A stretch of 64,000 nt of DNA from a virus (lineage: Duplodnaviria > Caudoviricetes), in IMG/VR virus record IMGVR_UViG_3300028582_000252, positions 20,152 through 84,151 of that record, one strand, 5' to 3'. Shown one piece after another: positions 1 to 10,478 of the stretch. The position numbers were made by a program, and so were the translations under genes. Within the stretch, counting starts at the first letter, position 1, and each line of letters starts with the position of its first letter. The notes below the pieces were generated by a model. It searched no databases, was not told where the DNA came from, and worked only from the letters and a program-made list of their open reading frames with translations.

Positions 1-59
1 GATTTGCGGTCTCTTGCATCTTTGAGCCTGTCTGCCATCTCGAAAATTTCATTGTTCAT
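1..59 (-). CDS. 5' end of hypothetical protein (MNNEIFEMADRLKDARDRK...), runs off the window
   Basis: ATG at 59 preceded by strong SD GAAAGGAGG; frame open to the window edge; not in the ORF track. Confidence 0.7.
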   Translation of the reverse strand, partial: MNNEIFEMADRLKDARDRK

Positions 60-79
60 TGTGCATCCTCCTTTCAATA

Positions 80-105
80 CCTGCCGAAGAAATCAACCCC
101 TTAGC
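80..105 (-). promoter_or_regulatory. Element-specific promoter-like motif GCTAAGGGGTTGATTT-N4-GGCAGG
   Basis: Near-identical copy at 1825-1850; both lie just upstream of gene starts. Confidence 0.55.
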
Positions 106-109
106 ATCT

Positions 110-1564
110 TCAGTCAGTAAAAGGATCCCTGCCCTTCCGGTAATCATCGACTAGCATCTTTGCGAGGTCGATCTTTCCCCGAAGAGAACGGAGTATCTTA
201 CGGTCGACAGTGCCGGCCGCAATAAGGTATATGTAATGACAGTTTTCTGTCTGGCTGACCCTGTGTATGCGGGCCTTCGCCTGGTCGAAATTGCTCATGG
301 AATAATCGAGCGAATAGAACACCATCGTGCTTGCCGCAGTCAGTGTTATTCCAAGGCCTGCCGCAGCGATCTGTCCTACGAATACGTAACAGTCAGGATC
401 GTTCTGGAAACGGCTTACCTCCCCGGCGCGGTCTTTTACGCCGCCGCGTATGCAGGCGTAACCTATCTTCTTTTTCTGCAGCATGGCTTCGATATCATTG
501 AGTTCAGGAATAAAGCGTGCCATGACAACGACTTTCTTGCCTTCTTCCATCACGGAATCGATGATGTCCGACAATGCGTCAAGTTTTGCCATGCTGATCT
601 GATGGGTATCCGATTCATCGTCCGTAAGATGCCCGCCTGTGACCTGCGACAGACGTAGGATCTTCGTAAGAACATTGACCGCCGTCACCTCGCTGCCTTT
701 GAGCTCGGTGAATGAATCCGCCTCAAGCTCTTCGTATATCTTCATAGTTTTCGGTTCGAGCTGTACCGTGCGGATCTCCTCCGTTATCTCCGGAAGATCG
801 AGGCACTCGGCTTTTGTCACGCGGTAGGCAATGCTGTGGAGCCTCCGAAGGAAATCATTTAACATCCATTTTCTGAACCGCGGGATATGATTGCCGTAGC
901 CGACCATATCAAAATATGTGTTTCTGAACGTATAGAACGATGTGCCGAAGACGCTGCTGTTGAGAAAGCGGTACTGGCTGAAAACATCGAGTTCCTTGTT
1001 CGTGATGAGCGTCCCGGTCAGAAGCAGCTTATATGATGCATGGTCGCCAAGTTTATGCATGACCTTGCTCTGCTTGCTGCTATGCGATTTGATCTTGTGA
1101 CCTTCGTCGGCGATGATGAGATCGGCGTCGAACTGCAGGAGTTCCTTTTCCAGGATCCTTGCGGATTCGTAATTAACCACTACTATCTGCAGACCGTCGG
1201 AAGACACTTCCTTCAGCATCTTCCTTTTCTTGTCCGAAGTTCCCTGTAAAATCGTCATCGTATACGGGTACTCGGCGTACTGCTCATATTCTGACTCCCA
1301 AACACCCAGGATAGAAAGCGGCGCAACCACCAGGACCTTATTTACAAGGCCGAACTGATAAAGGATCCCGGCAATGCCGATCGCTGCCAGTGTCTTGCCG
1401 CAGCCCATTTCCATAAGAAGCGCCACTCCCCTGCTCCTCGAATCCGACGGCAGAAGTCCGAACTTCCCGCAGGCGAAATCGAACGCCGCCTGCTGATGAC
1501 TGTACGGTCGTACCTTGACAGGCATCGGGAGAGATGGATTATCGATCTTCTTCAATATATCCAC
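110..1564 (-). CDS. SNF2-family DEAD/DEAH helicase
   Basis: Walker A-like MEMGCGKT, DEGH, LTGT, GITLTAAS, QAKARIHRVSQ helicase motifs. Confidence 0.9.
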   Translation of the reverse strand: MDILKKIDNPSLPMPVKVRPYSHQQAAFDFACGKFGLLPSDSRSRGVALLMEMGCGKTLAAIGIAGILYQFGLVNKVLVVAPLSILGVWESEYEQYAEYPYTMTILQGTSDKKRKMLKEVSSDGLQIVVVNYESARILEKELLQFDADLIIADEGHKIKSHSSKQSKVMHKLGDHASYKLLLTGTLITNKELDVFSQYRFLNSSVFGTSFYTFRNTYFDMVGYGNHIPRFRKWMLNDFLRRLHSIAYRVTKAECLDLPEITEEIRTVQLEPKTMKIYEELEADSFTELKGSEVTAVNVLTKILRLSQVTGGHLTDDESDTHQISMAKLDALSDIIDSVMEEGKKVVVMARFIPELNDIEAMLQKKKIGYACIRGGVKDRAGEVSRFQNDPDCYVFVGQIAAAGLGITLTAASTMVFYSLDYSMSNFDQAKARIHRVSQTENCHYIYLIAAGTVDRKILRSLRGKIDLAKMLVDDYRKGRDPFTD

Positions 1565-1760
1565 CTCCGTTTTCCACTTCTTTTACTTCTATCCCGACCA
1601 CTGTCTTTCCAGGTGTTATCAACATGACTTCAGTCAGTTTTCCAAAAATAAGCTCAAGTATCCGGCATGGTATCCTGACCGTCTTACCGCTGACTACCAT
1701 CTGTCTTCTGCCTTCCGGCCCTGCGATATTGATCTGTACTTTGTGCTGAATATTATTCAT
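1539..1760 (-). CDS. Small hypothetical protein (MNNIQHKVQINI...)
   Basis: SD GGAGG upstream of ATG 1760; overlaps SNF2 start. Confidence 0.7.
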   Translation of the reverse strand: MNNIQHKVQINIAGPEGRRQMVVSGKTVRIPCRILELIFGKLTEVMLITPGKTVVGIEVKEVENGGGYIEEDR

Positions 1761-1824
1761 TTTCGTTGTCCTCCAATCTTTGAACATTTCAGTTTGATAT
1801 AGAGGAAGGATGTCTTCCTCTGTC

Positions 1825-1850
1825 CCTTGCCTTAAAAATCAACCCTTAGC
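1825..1850 (-). promoter_or_regulatory. Element-specific promoter-like motif GCTAAGGGTTGATTT-N4-GGCAAG
   Basis: Immediately downstream of the sigma-like gene; repeated at 80-105. Confidence 0.55.
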
Positions 1851-1893
1851 GCTGCCTGGGAGGACTGCGGCAGCCTGGCTGACGCCACATGGC

Positions 1894-2499
1894 TCAGCCT
1901 TCCTTCTTCGGATAGTTGTGACGTTTTACCGGTTCGACGCCGAATGCTTTGTGTGCAACTTTTCTGATGATCTTGTTTTTGCGGTTCAGAACTGACTGAA
2001 GACTCTTCTCCTGACCGGTAATAGCGACTTCTTCCTGTCGGATCTCTTCCAGCTGACGGTTCCTGCCAAAATGGTCGTAGTACAGTTCGCGCTGCGCATC
2101 AGTGAGGTCTTCGTCCACGACTTTGCGGATCTTCACCAGGTCAGGATCTTCTGGCTCCTGTTCATGATCTGGTTCATCTTGAGTATTGGATACTGTGTCC
2201 CATGGATCGATGTCATCGCCACATGGATCGGTACTGAAAGTCTTCTGCTTCTTTTCGAACAGCGGGTCTTTCAGCTCGTTTTCGTAACGGTCGTTAAGAT
2301 CCATATCGTGATTCAGTTCATCGATAAGGAAAGTCAGTTCTTCCGTGATTCCATCCTTACCGATTTCATAACGAAGCGTCACAGGACGATGTGTGTCGAC
2401 ATCTGTGGATTTATAGCAGAGGTATTTACCGTCTGATGATATGTAACACTCGCGGTCAGGGTTGTAAGTTGCTTTGTACTTGATTTTATTGTTCTTCAT
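1894..2499 (-). CDS. Sigma-70 region-4-like transcriptional regulator
   Basis: SD GAAAGGA before ATG 2499; C-terminal LTDAQRELYYDHF...LEEIR...QSVLNRKNKII resembles a sigma r4 HTH. Confidence 0.65.
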   Translation of the reverse strand: MKNNKIKYKATYNPDRECYISSDGKYLCYKSTDVDTHRPVTLRYEIGKDGITEELTFLIDELNHDMDLNDRYENELKDPLFEKKQKTFSTDPCGDDIDPWDTVSNTQDEPDHEQEPEDPDLVKIRKVVDEDLTDAQRELYYDHFGRNRQLEEIRQEEVAITGQEKSLQSVLNRKNKIIRKVAHKAFGVEPVKRHNYPKKEG

Positions 2500-2512
2500 T
2501 GCTGCGTCCTTT

Positions 2513-2681
2513 CCGTCCGTATAGACGGTGAGACACATGAAGAACCTATACAGAAGGTGGCCATAGAATTTCTGCTTCAGTAAAATTGGTACAGAAAACT
2601 AACGGTGAGACATCTTCGCTTTGAAAACAACTTTTATGTTGCTTTTCAGTTCTTGATGTATCTCATCGTCCATGTGGCCAC
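2513..2681 (-). ncRNA. Candidate structured 5' leader RNA
   Basis: Nested inverted repeats GTGGCCA/TGGCCAC, CGGTGAGACATC/GATGTATCTCATCG, TGAAAACAAC/GTTGCTTTTCA, plus a CCGTC/GACGG hairpin next to the RBS. Confidence 0.45.
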
Positions 2682-2847
2682 ATCGGACATTTTGAGATAT
2701 TTTTTAAGTGGAATTATGCAATGCGATAGCAAGTTCTGAATTTGCAGAATTTTGCACCCAGATTATGTATTTTCACTGTCTGCAGTGTTATACTAAATTT
2801 AGAAAAAACTTTGCACATTTTCCTACTTGTCTATGACCCTAATGTAG

Positions 2848-2921
2848 ATAAGGTTCCTGTCAACTGCTTCAGATATACAAATGAAGTAGCATAAGGTTAC
2901 TAAGGCGGTATAAGGTTACTA
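2848..2921 (+). repeat. ATAAGGTTACTA direct repeats (candidate operators)
   Basis: Exact copies at 2891-2902 and 2910-2921, variant at 2848-2859, just upstream of the RBS of the 2944 gene. Confidence 0.6.
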
Positions 2922-2943
2922 TTTCATATAGGAGGATTAAAAT

Positions 2944-5769
2944 ATGGCTAAATACAGTGTTCCTCACCTTTGCGGCGGCATATTATTCGGTCTTATTCTA
3001 GAAGCCCGAAAATCACGCAGCAAAGCACGGAACAAATTAGAAGGTGGTTCTGATCATTTGACCGCGCAAGACGTATTTTGTGGTCTTATCTATACTGTTA
3101 CTGGTGACGATATGCCTGCAACTGCGGGAAAATCGATGGCCAAATGTGCCTCTAATTATAAAAAGTGCGTTGACAGCACTGGTGTCTATGTACCATTCAC
3201 TGACTCAACTACTCAATCAGCTTTTGATTCTGCCGTCAAGAGAAGCGATCCTAAGCTACTTCAAAGAGTCTCGGAGTTCATAACTGCATATCTAAACGGG
3301 GAAAAGTTTGAATGGCTTGTTCGCGCCTTGATTGAAACTATGCAAAAAGATAAAGCAGTTAATAATGACACCAGTATATCTATTGCCTATGACAAAAAAG
3401 TTAATGTCGAAGATTTAAACAGCGTGACTACAGTGATAGCACAACCCTTTTTTATCAGTGTTTTACATTATGTGATAATGAACTGCCCGGATGCAGAATC
3501 TGGAAGATCTACTTTTGAAGCATGGTTTTCTCAGTCGCGTTCAAATGCAGAATGGAAATTTCACAGTGATATCGGTAGTGGAATACAACCATTAACTATA
3601 AACTAAGACTTACCCAAAGAATTATTATCAACTTTTCCACAATCGGAAGGTACCAAGGTTGCCAATAATACCCAGGATAATGGTAATGCCTCAAAGACCT
3701 ACCGCCAATTAAGTTTTGATAATTTAACTAAAACAATGCGAATATTTGCGAAAGGGTTTGAAGCAAGTGAGCATCGAATGGCAAAGGATTTTTTTGAAAA
3801 CAACGAAATAACAAAATCAACTGCTTCAGAGCAACAAATAATGGATCTTCATGCTTCCAATCAGTTGGATAATGAAGGAAAGAGCAACGGGCGTGAAGAA
3901 ACTGATCCGTTCCAAACATTTCTTGACAAGGCTAAAGAGTACTATTCAATGAAAAAAACCTTGTTATATGCAGAAAAGCCGCATCCTTTTTATGAAATTT
4001 ACGTCTGTAATGATTTAACATTTCACAGGACACGATTTGTCGCAACACACAATTCTCAACAGCCAATCACCATTACTGATGCTACGGCCGCTCGCCTAAA
4101 ACAAGAATCGGCTTATTCAATCATTGAAGGAACCGGTGGTATTGGTAAATCGATGTTTCTAACTCATCTGTTCTTAAATGCTACAACAGATTATGCATCA
4201 ACAAACGAATTGCCCGTATTAATTTCTTTGAAGGATTATAATGAAAACATTTCAAGTATTGTTGAATTTATTTGGCTGACTATTAAAGCATTTGATCCCG
4301 ATATTATTCAGAAAGACATAGTCGTTGCCCTTGAAAGTAAACAGCTTATTCTTTTGATGGACGGACTTGATGAAATCCAGTCATCTCTAAAAGCCGATTT
4401 TGAAACAGATTTAGAAGCGTTTATTAAATCCTATCCAGGCAATGTCGTCATAATTACATCTCGTCCAACGAATACGTTCGTTTCATATACGAAGTTTTTA
4501 CTATATGACATATTGCCTTTAACTAAGCCACAAGCAATTTCTCTTATTGATAAATTGGATTTTTGGGATAACGAATCTAAGAATCACTTTTTATCAGCTT
4601 TAGATAATCGATTGTTTTTTTCACATGAACAGTTTGCAAGCAATCCCCTACTTCTTACCATTATGCTCATGACGTACTCCACTTTTGGAGAGGTTCCTGC
4701 TAAAATGCACGTATTTTATTCAAAAGCCTATGAAACAATGGCAAGACTACACGATGCATCAAAAGGATCCTTTAAAAGACCATTTCATACTAAATTGACT
4801 CCTGAGGAATTTGCAAAGTATTTTTCTGATTTTTGTGCCAGGACATATGTTGATGAAGTATTTGAATTTAATCAATTCACATTTACATCTTACATGGAAA
4901 AGACGCTGAAAGGTCATTCCCAACTTACACCAAGAGATTTTCTTCTCGATCTTACTGATAATTTATGTATTATGTATCATGAAGGTGAAAAATATTATTT
5001 TATCCACAGATCCTTCCAGGAGTACTTTGCTGCTGTATACTTTGCATCTGTATATGATGAAAGACTTGTACGGGTAGGAGAGTTTTTTGAAAGTATCCAA
5101 CATCGTTCATACACAGACCGAACATTTGATATGCTATATGATATGATTCCAGAGAAGGTCGAAAGATACATCTTTCTTCCATTCCTTAAGCAACTATTTA
5201 ATGAATGTAAAGCATCAGATAATAATGATGACTATTGGGAATTCTTAGAAAATCAATATCCTGTTATATACTACGAAGAAGGTAATACTGGTGATATATT
5301 TCTCAATAACCCGCAATCTTTCATTTACGAAAAGATTCTTCGCGAAAACAGGTTAGCAGCTATGTTGGACCTAGACGAATTATCATGGCCCGAGCAACTT
5401 TCTATTCTTCCGAGAAGAAATTGGGTTACTGTTTTCAGTCATTTTATGGAGACCAGTGCGTACGAAAGGAATCCAGATCCTGAAAATATAGATATTGATG
5501 AACTTGAAGACACAGAAATTATCCCTGAGGATGATTTACCTTATCGATACATAGACTATTTTGGGGATCCTGATATTGAAGGTTCAACAATCGAAATAGA
5601 AATTGATAAATTGAGAAGTAGCCCATCTGAATATGGAGATTTACGTGTATTTATGGAAAGTATTCAATTTCCTTTAATGCAAGAATATATCAATATTAAT
5701 AATTATTATGAAGAGCTTAAATCAAGAGCGCAAAAAGAAATTGATTCAGAAAAACTGTTTGATGAATGA
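2944..5769 (+). pseudogene. N-terminal domain + NACHT NTPase, one reading frame interrupted by a single TAA at 3604-3606
   Basis: ORFs 2944-3606 and 3736-5769 share a frame; the 43 codons between them are stop-free; ATG 3736 has no SD. Walker A EGTGGIGKS, Walker B LLMDGLDE, NPLLL and FIHRSFQEYFAA NACHT motifs. Confidence 0.75.
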
Positions 5770-5844
5770 AAACACCTAATCACACAAAAAATATCTACAT
5801 TAATAACATCGTAAAATCAATCAGTGACTACGGAGGTGTACACA

Positions 5845-6990
5845 ATGAAAATTCTATACTCTGATATCCTTCCATTAGCTTTGGAAAATGACCAGCAAAC
5901 CATAGCAGACTGTATTTTCAAGCATGCAGCAAAATCTGATCATATTGAAATAGCTGTTGGTTATATTTCCAAGGCATCTTTAGATGAGCTTTCTGAAATG
6001 GTAGAAAAATACCACATTCAGAACATTACTCTTACTATCGGAATGTATTATATAGAAGGCATGCCAGAAAATTCATATCACGCAGCTTTAAAACTTAATA
6101 AAACCTGGGGAGATAAAGGAATAGGAGAAATACGCCTGGTCAGAGCTTTCAAATATCACGGGAAACTATATTGTTTTATCAAAGACGAAATATGCTTTGC
6201 CACCATTATTGGTTCCGCTAATATGGGTGTAATCAAACCTGATGCCATCAGTCGCCGGCAATACGAAATTGCAGCACTAACTGAAGATATTGACAAATGC
6301 TCAGAACTATTACAGTTTATTGAAACTTTAAAGGGACCGCGTTGTTCAGCTAATATTGAAAACATCAGAGATATGCCACTTATACATGAACAAAATATTT
6401 CTTTAGATGGAGTTGATTCTGTTAGTCAAATGCCTCCACTCGGCGTAAAATTATATTATCAACACCAAACACATACATCTTTTACCCTTCCTCTAAAGGT
6501 ACCATTATTTGATGAGCGTTTTATAGATGATAGCCGCCATTATACGAAATCTAATATTAATGTATGTTATGCTGCACCTAGAAGTAAACGGAAATCACGT
6601 GATTGGTATGAAGTTCAATTAACCGTAACAAATAAAATCACACAATTGGAAGGATATCCTGAAAAGAATGCACCTTTCTTTGTGGTAACGGATGATGGCT
6701 ATTGGTTTAAAGCACATACCACTAGTGCTGGAAATAAACAATTCAGTGCAGTAGGTGATGAATTAATTATGGGGCGATGGATCAAGGGACGTTTAGTTGC
6801 TGCTGGTCTTGTTGAACCCGTAAATGACAGCCAAAAAGATTCTAATCGCTTAGGTATGATAACTAAAGAAATGCTCGAAGCATATGGTTGCAATGCAATA
6901 GTATTTACCAAAACTGACCAAAAGGCACAAGATGATGATGGCTCTGTCCTAGATGTATGGACATTAGCCTTTGAAACTGTTACAGAATAG
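5845..6990 (+). CDS. PLD-family restriction endonuclease (NgoFVII/CglI R-subunit-like)
   Basis: YHGKLY...IIGSAN PLD motif; C-terminal R.WYEVQL/GRWIKGRL region; SD GGAGG before ATG 5845. Confidence 0.85.
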   Translation: MKILYSDILPLALENDQQTIADCIFKHAAKSDHIEIAVGYISKASLDELSEMVEKYHIQNITLTIGMYYIEGMPENSYHAALKLNKTWGDKGIGEIRLVRAFKYHGKLYCFIKDEICFATIIGSANMGVIKPDAISRRQYEIAALTEDIDKCSELLQFIETLKGPRCSANIENIRDMPLIHEQNISLDGVDSVSQMPPLGVKLYYQHQTHTSFTLPLKVPLFDERFIDDSRHYTKSNINVCYAAPRSKRKSRDWYEVQLTVTNKITQLEGYPEKNAPFFVVTDDGYWFKAHTTSAGNKQFSAVGDELIMGRWIKGRLVAAGLVEPVNDSQKDSNRLGMITKEMLEAYGCNAIVFTKTDQKAQDDDGSVLDVWTLAFETVTE

Positions 6991-7003
6991 GCGGATGATC
7001 TAA

Positions 7004-8848
7004 ATGAAATACTTAGAAACATATTTAAACAAAATTATTGAACGAGGAAACAATGAACTCGCTACTTCCATAAATAGAACTGCCAATGACGTTGGTAATA
7101 GTCACATTAAGAACTTCTCGTTCATTAGTCATGAAATAGGATTGCTTTTCGGAAATATTCAATCTGGAAAAACTGGACAGATGTTTGGAATTCTGTGTAA
7201 AGCCGCAGATTATGGATTCTCAGCATTTGTAATACTTACCACAGATAATATTGTCCTGCAACAACAAACCCTTGACCGTGTGAAGAATGATCTTGACGGA
7301 TTTTGTATTTGTGGAGAAAATGATTCTGGGTTATTTATTGAAAATCAACTTCAAAAACCTGTTATAGTTGTACTTAAAAAGAATACTAGAATACTCAAGC
7401 TATGGGCCAATGTCTTTAACACAACTGGGTTTATGAAGGGCAATCCATTGTTTATTATTGATGATGAAGCCGATTCTGCTTCATTAAATACATTAATAAA
7501 CAGAAAAAAGCAGTCTTCTATTAACATGCATTTGGACAGCATAAAAAATGGAGCTTCCAGCAGTCTCTATTTGCAAGTAACCGGCACACCTCAGTCCATT
7601 TTTCTTCAAACACAAACATCCGGATGGCATCCGCTATTCACATACTATTTCCAGCCTGGAGTTGGTTATTTGGGGGGAGATTTTTTCTTTCCGAAAGTCG
7701 GTAAGCCTGACTGCATTTCATATATTGAAGAATTAAAGACCCCAGTAAGGGAAGTGGTCCTTCGCCATCTTCTTGTTTCAGCTCAATTACTATTATCTGG
7801 AGAAGATGTATCCAATTGTCTTATCCACCCAAGTTCACGCCAAGCTACACACCAAAACTTCGCAAATAAAATCAACAATGAACTAACTTGGTGTTTAAAT
7901 AATCTATCCGGTGAGTTTGAAACTGAATTAAAAAGAATATACGTTTCACTTAACCCATCAAAAAATATTAAGCTGGACTTTGCAATGTTATTGGATTATG
8001 CAAAAAATATCATCAGCCACAAACAAGCAAAAATAATTATCATGAATGGGAAAAATAATGTTGATATCGACGAATATACTGAGGGATGCAACTTTATTGT
8101 TGGTGGTAATACTCTCGGAAGAGGAGTTACTTTTCCGAATTTGCAAACGATATACTACACTCGCACATCAAAAAAACCCCAAGCAGATACTATGTGGCAA
8201 CACAGTAGAATGTTTGGCTATGACCGTGATTCTGGCATGATAATGATATTTATCGACGAACGCTTATATAAAATATTTACTGATATAAATGCAACAAATA
8301 ATGCCATCATATCTCAAATTGAGCAGGGATTTGATGATGTAAAAATCTATTACCCTGAAGGGCTGAATCCTACACGAAAAAATGTATTGGATTCTGACCA
8401 TGTCGCAACGATTTCCGGAGGCACAAATTATTATCCATTTTATCCTGAGAATGACACTATAGAAGATATTTCCAAATTATTAAAACCATTTTCTGATGAT
8501 GAGCCATATTATCAAGTGAGTCTTAGGATTATGAAAGAAATTCTTGGTCACATTATACCAAGTCCAGATTTTAAGCTTGCATCATTTTCTGCCATTTTAG
8601 ATACTCTGATAGCAGAAGCACCTGCAACACAAGGAATACTAATTGTTCGTAGGGAAAGAAATGTTGCTCAAGGAACTGGAGCATTACTATCACCAAATGA
8701 TTGGCAACTCGGAGGTTCTTTCCCCAGAAAAGTTGTTCTAACTATGTATCAAGTTACCGGGAAAAAAGGATGGGGAGAAAAGCCATTATGGGTTCCAAAC
8801 ATAAAATTACCGCAAGGTTCTATTTTCTATGATGTAATCTCAGATTAA
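7004..8848 (+). CDS. SF2 helicase-like ATPase with Z1 domain (CglI/NgoAVII H/N subunit-like)
   Basis: GNIQSGKT, IIDDEAD, VTGTP, GGNTLGRGVT, ADTMWQHSRMFGY motifs; adjacent to the PLD nuclease. Confidence 0.85.
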   Translation: MKYLETYLNKIIERGNNELATSINRTANDVGNSHIKNFSFISHEIGLLFGNIQSGKTGQMFGILCKAADYGFSAFVILTTDNIVLQQQTLDRVKNDLDGFCICGENDSGLFIENQLQKPVIVVLKKNTRILKLWANVFNTTGFMKGNPLFIIDDEADSASLNTLINRKKQSSINMHLDSIKNGASSSLYLQVTGTPQSIFLQTQTSGWHPLFTYYFQPGVGYLGGDFFFPKVGKPDCISYIEELKTPVREVVLRHLLVSAQLLLSGEDVSNCLIHPSSRQATHQNFANKINNELTWCLNNLSGEFETELKRIYVSLNPSKNIKLDFAMLLDYAKNIISHKQAKIIIMNGKNNVDIDEYTEGCNFIVGGNTLGRGVTFPNLQTIYYTRTSKKPQADTMWQHSRMFGYDRDSGMIMIFIDERLYKIFTDINATNNAIISQIEQGFDDVKIYYPEGLNPTRKNVLDSDHVATISGGTNYYPFYPENDTIEDISKLLKPFSDDEPYYQVSLRIMKEILGHIIPSPDFKLASFSAILDTLIAEAPATQGILIVRRERNVAQGTGALLSPNDWQLGGSFPRKVVLTMYQVTGKKGWGEKPLWVPNIKLPQGSIFYDVISD

Positions 8849-8881
8849 TATTCTGTCAATGTTATATTTGTAGCCCAACTG

Positions 8882-8923
8882 AATAGAGATGTCGCTCTCT
8901 TCAAGAGTAGACATCTCTCTATT
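8882..8923. terminator. Bidirectional terminator between convergent genes
   Basis: AGAGATGTC...GACATCTCT stem with inner CTCT/AGAG pairing. Confidence 0.7.
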
Positions 8924-10316
8924 ATTCTTCAATATTATTATTAACTGAATCATATGGTATTCTAGCAAACGTTTTCAGTATAGCTTCATAAATGATTTTT
9001 GCTCCTTCACATGGAACCGCCATTCCTATCTGTTTTCTTACCGATTCCTTACTTCCTTCAAAGATAAAATCATCAGGAAATGTTTGTAAGCGAGCACGTT
9101 CTCTATTTGTTAGTGCACGAGGTTCACTCCAATGATAAATATGTGTTCCTCCACCTCCACTACCTGTAACGGTATAAGCAGGTTTTTCTGGATCGAGGCG
9201 CTTATATATTTGACTAATTTTAGCTCCTTTAATATTAAGCTGCAATTCTTCTGGAAGATCCGACGTAAAAGCGTTTTGACCAGGTTTGATATAACCCAGT
9301 CTCTTAATAACCTGTTCACTCTGCCTAGTTCTCTCATTATTAGTAGCGGTAGCTGGAATAGGGGGATTTTCAATCGCAGTCTTGCAAGTATTGTCTATAT
9401 TTTTATAAGGTTCTGGACTCGGGATTTTAAATTCAAATGGCATATCATTTCGTATTCCAACAATAATAACTCTGTGCCGTGCTTGCGGAATACCGTACTC
9501 CTCGAATTTATATAAATTAGGGTAAAGTCTGTATCCACTTGCTATCATGTCATTCTTTATTTTTATAAAAGCTTTACCATCATTCGCACTTTGAAGTCCA
9601 CCAACATTCTCTGCAAGGAACCAAAGCGGTTGATATTGCTTCAACACCTTGATTCCGTATGAATATAATGGGCCAAAGGTACCATCGAAACCTTTTTGTT
9701 CGCCTACAACTGAGAAATCATTGCATGGAAAGCCAAAAGAGAAAGCATCAATTGCCCCAAGTTTTTTTATATCAAGCGTATGAACGTCTTCACAATATAC
9801 ACTATCAATATCATCTGGACAAATATTTCTCCGATATGTATTACACGTTTCTTCATCAAAATCATTAGCCCACGCATGAACAATACGATACTCAGGGCTA
9901 CTAATATGTGCGTGTAGTGCACCCCATGCAAGTCCACCTGGTCCACAAAATAACTCACCCATGCGAAACTCGGTCTTTTCGGAAAGCTTTTTTGCATTTT
10001 TTGCAACTTGTGCATCAATTACATTTTGCACCACTTCAATATCTTCCACACTGAGCCTATCTAAACCTTTAATCCTTAATATAGGGTTAATATCATTATC
10101 GTCGATATACCCGGCTTGAAGCAGTAGCTCAAATGGATGGAAATTCAAAGTATGAGCTATCTTACACAAAGTAATCCAATTAGGGTTTTTCCTTTTCCCG
10201 GACTCGATCATTAATATTTCGCTATCGCTAACGCCACATGCATGTCCCAGTTTTTTTAAAGAAATTCCTAACGATTCTCTTCTATCTTTTATATATGATC
10301 CAACAGAATTATTCAC
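8922..10316 (-). CDS. XRE-HTH fused C5-cytosine DNA methyltransferase
   Basis: N-terminal XRE HTH; LFCGPGG, GFPCNDFS, ENV, QARHRV, RERARLQTFPD, QIGMAVP motifs. Confidence 0.92.
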   Translation of the reverse strand: MNNSVGSYIKDRRESLGISLKKLGHACGVSDSEILMIESGKRKNPNWITLCKIAHTLNFHPFELLLQAGYIDDNDINPILRIKGLDRLSVEDIEVVQNVIDAQVAKNAKKLSEKTEFRMGELFCGPGGLAWGALHAHISSPEYRIVHAWANDFDEETCNTYRRNICPDDIDSVYCEDVHTLDIKKLGAIDAFSFGFPCNDFSVVGEQKGFDGTFGPLYSYGIKVLKQYQPLWFLAENVGGLQSANDGKAFIKIKNDMIASGYRLYPNLYKFEEYGIPQARHRVIIVGIRNDMPFEFKIPSPEPYKNIDNTCKTAIENPPIPATATNNERTRQSEQVIKRLGYIKPGQNAFTSDLPEELQLNIKGAKISQIYKRLDPEKPAYTVTGSGGGGTHIYHWSEPRALTNRERARLQTFPDDFIFEGSKESVRKQIGMAVPCEGAKIIYEAILKTFARIPYDSVNNNIEE

Positions 10317-10335
10317 TTAAATCACCTCGCTTTGA

Positions 10336-10396
10336 AGTATAATCCACGCGCTGCTTTTTGTCAATTACAACCATAAATTTGCTGCTAAAAAGCAGC
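10336..10396 (-). promoter_or_regulatory. SigA promoter of the MTase with candidate operator
   Basis: TTGACA (10364-10359), 17 nt, TATACT (10341-10336); palindrome GCTGCT-N4-AGCAGC at 10381-10396 and a half-site in the spacer. Confidence 0.75.
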
Positions 10397-10430
10397 GTGA
10401 CTTTAAATACACGTCAATGTTCATAAATAG

Positions 10431-10456
10431 AAAAGGAGACTTAAAAAGTCTCCCCC
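10431..10456 (-). terminator. Intrinsic terminator after the GmrSD-like gene
   Basis: GGAGACT/AGTCTCC stem followed by a T-run on the minus strand. Confidence 0.7.
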
Positions 10457-10478
10457 GTATACTAATATTTTTTTCTTT

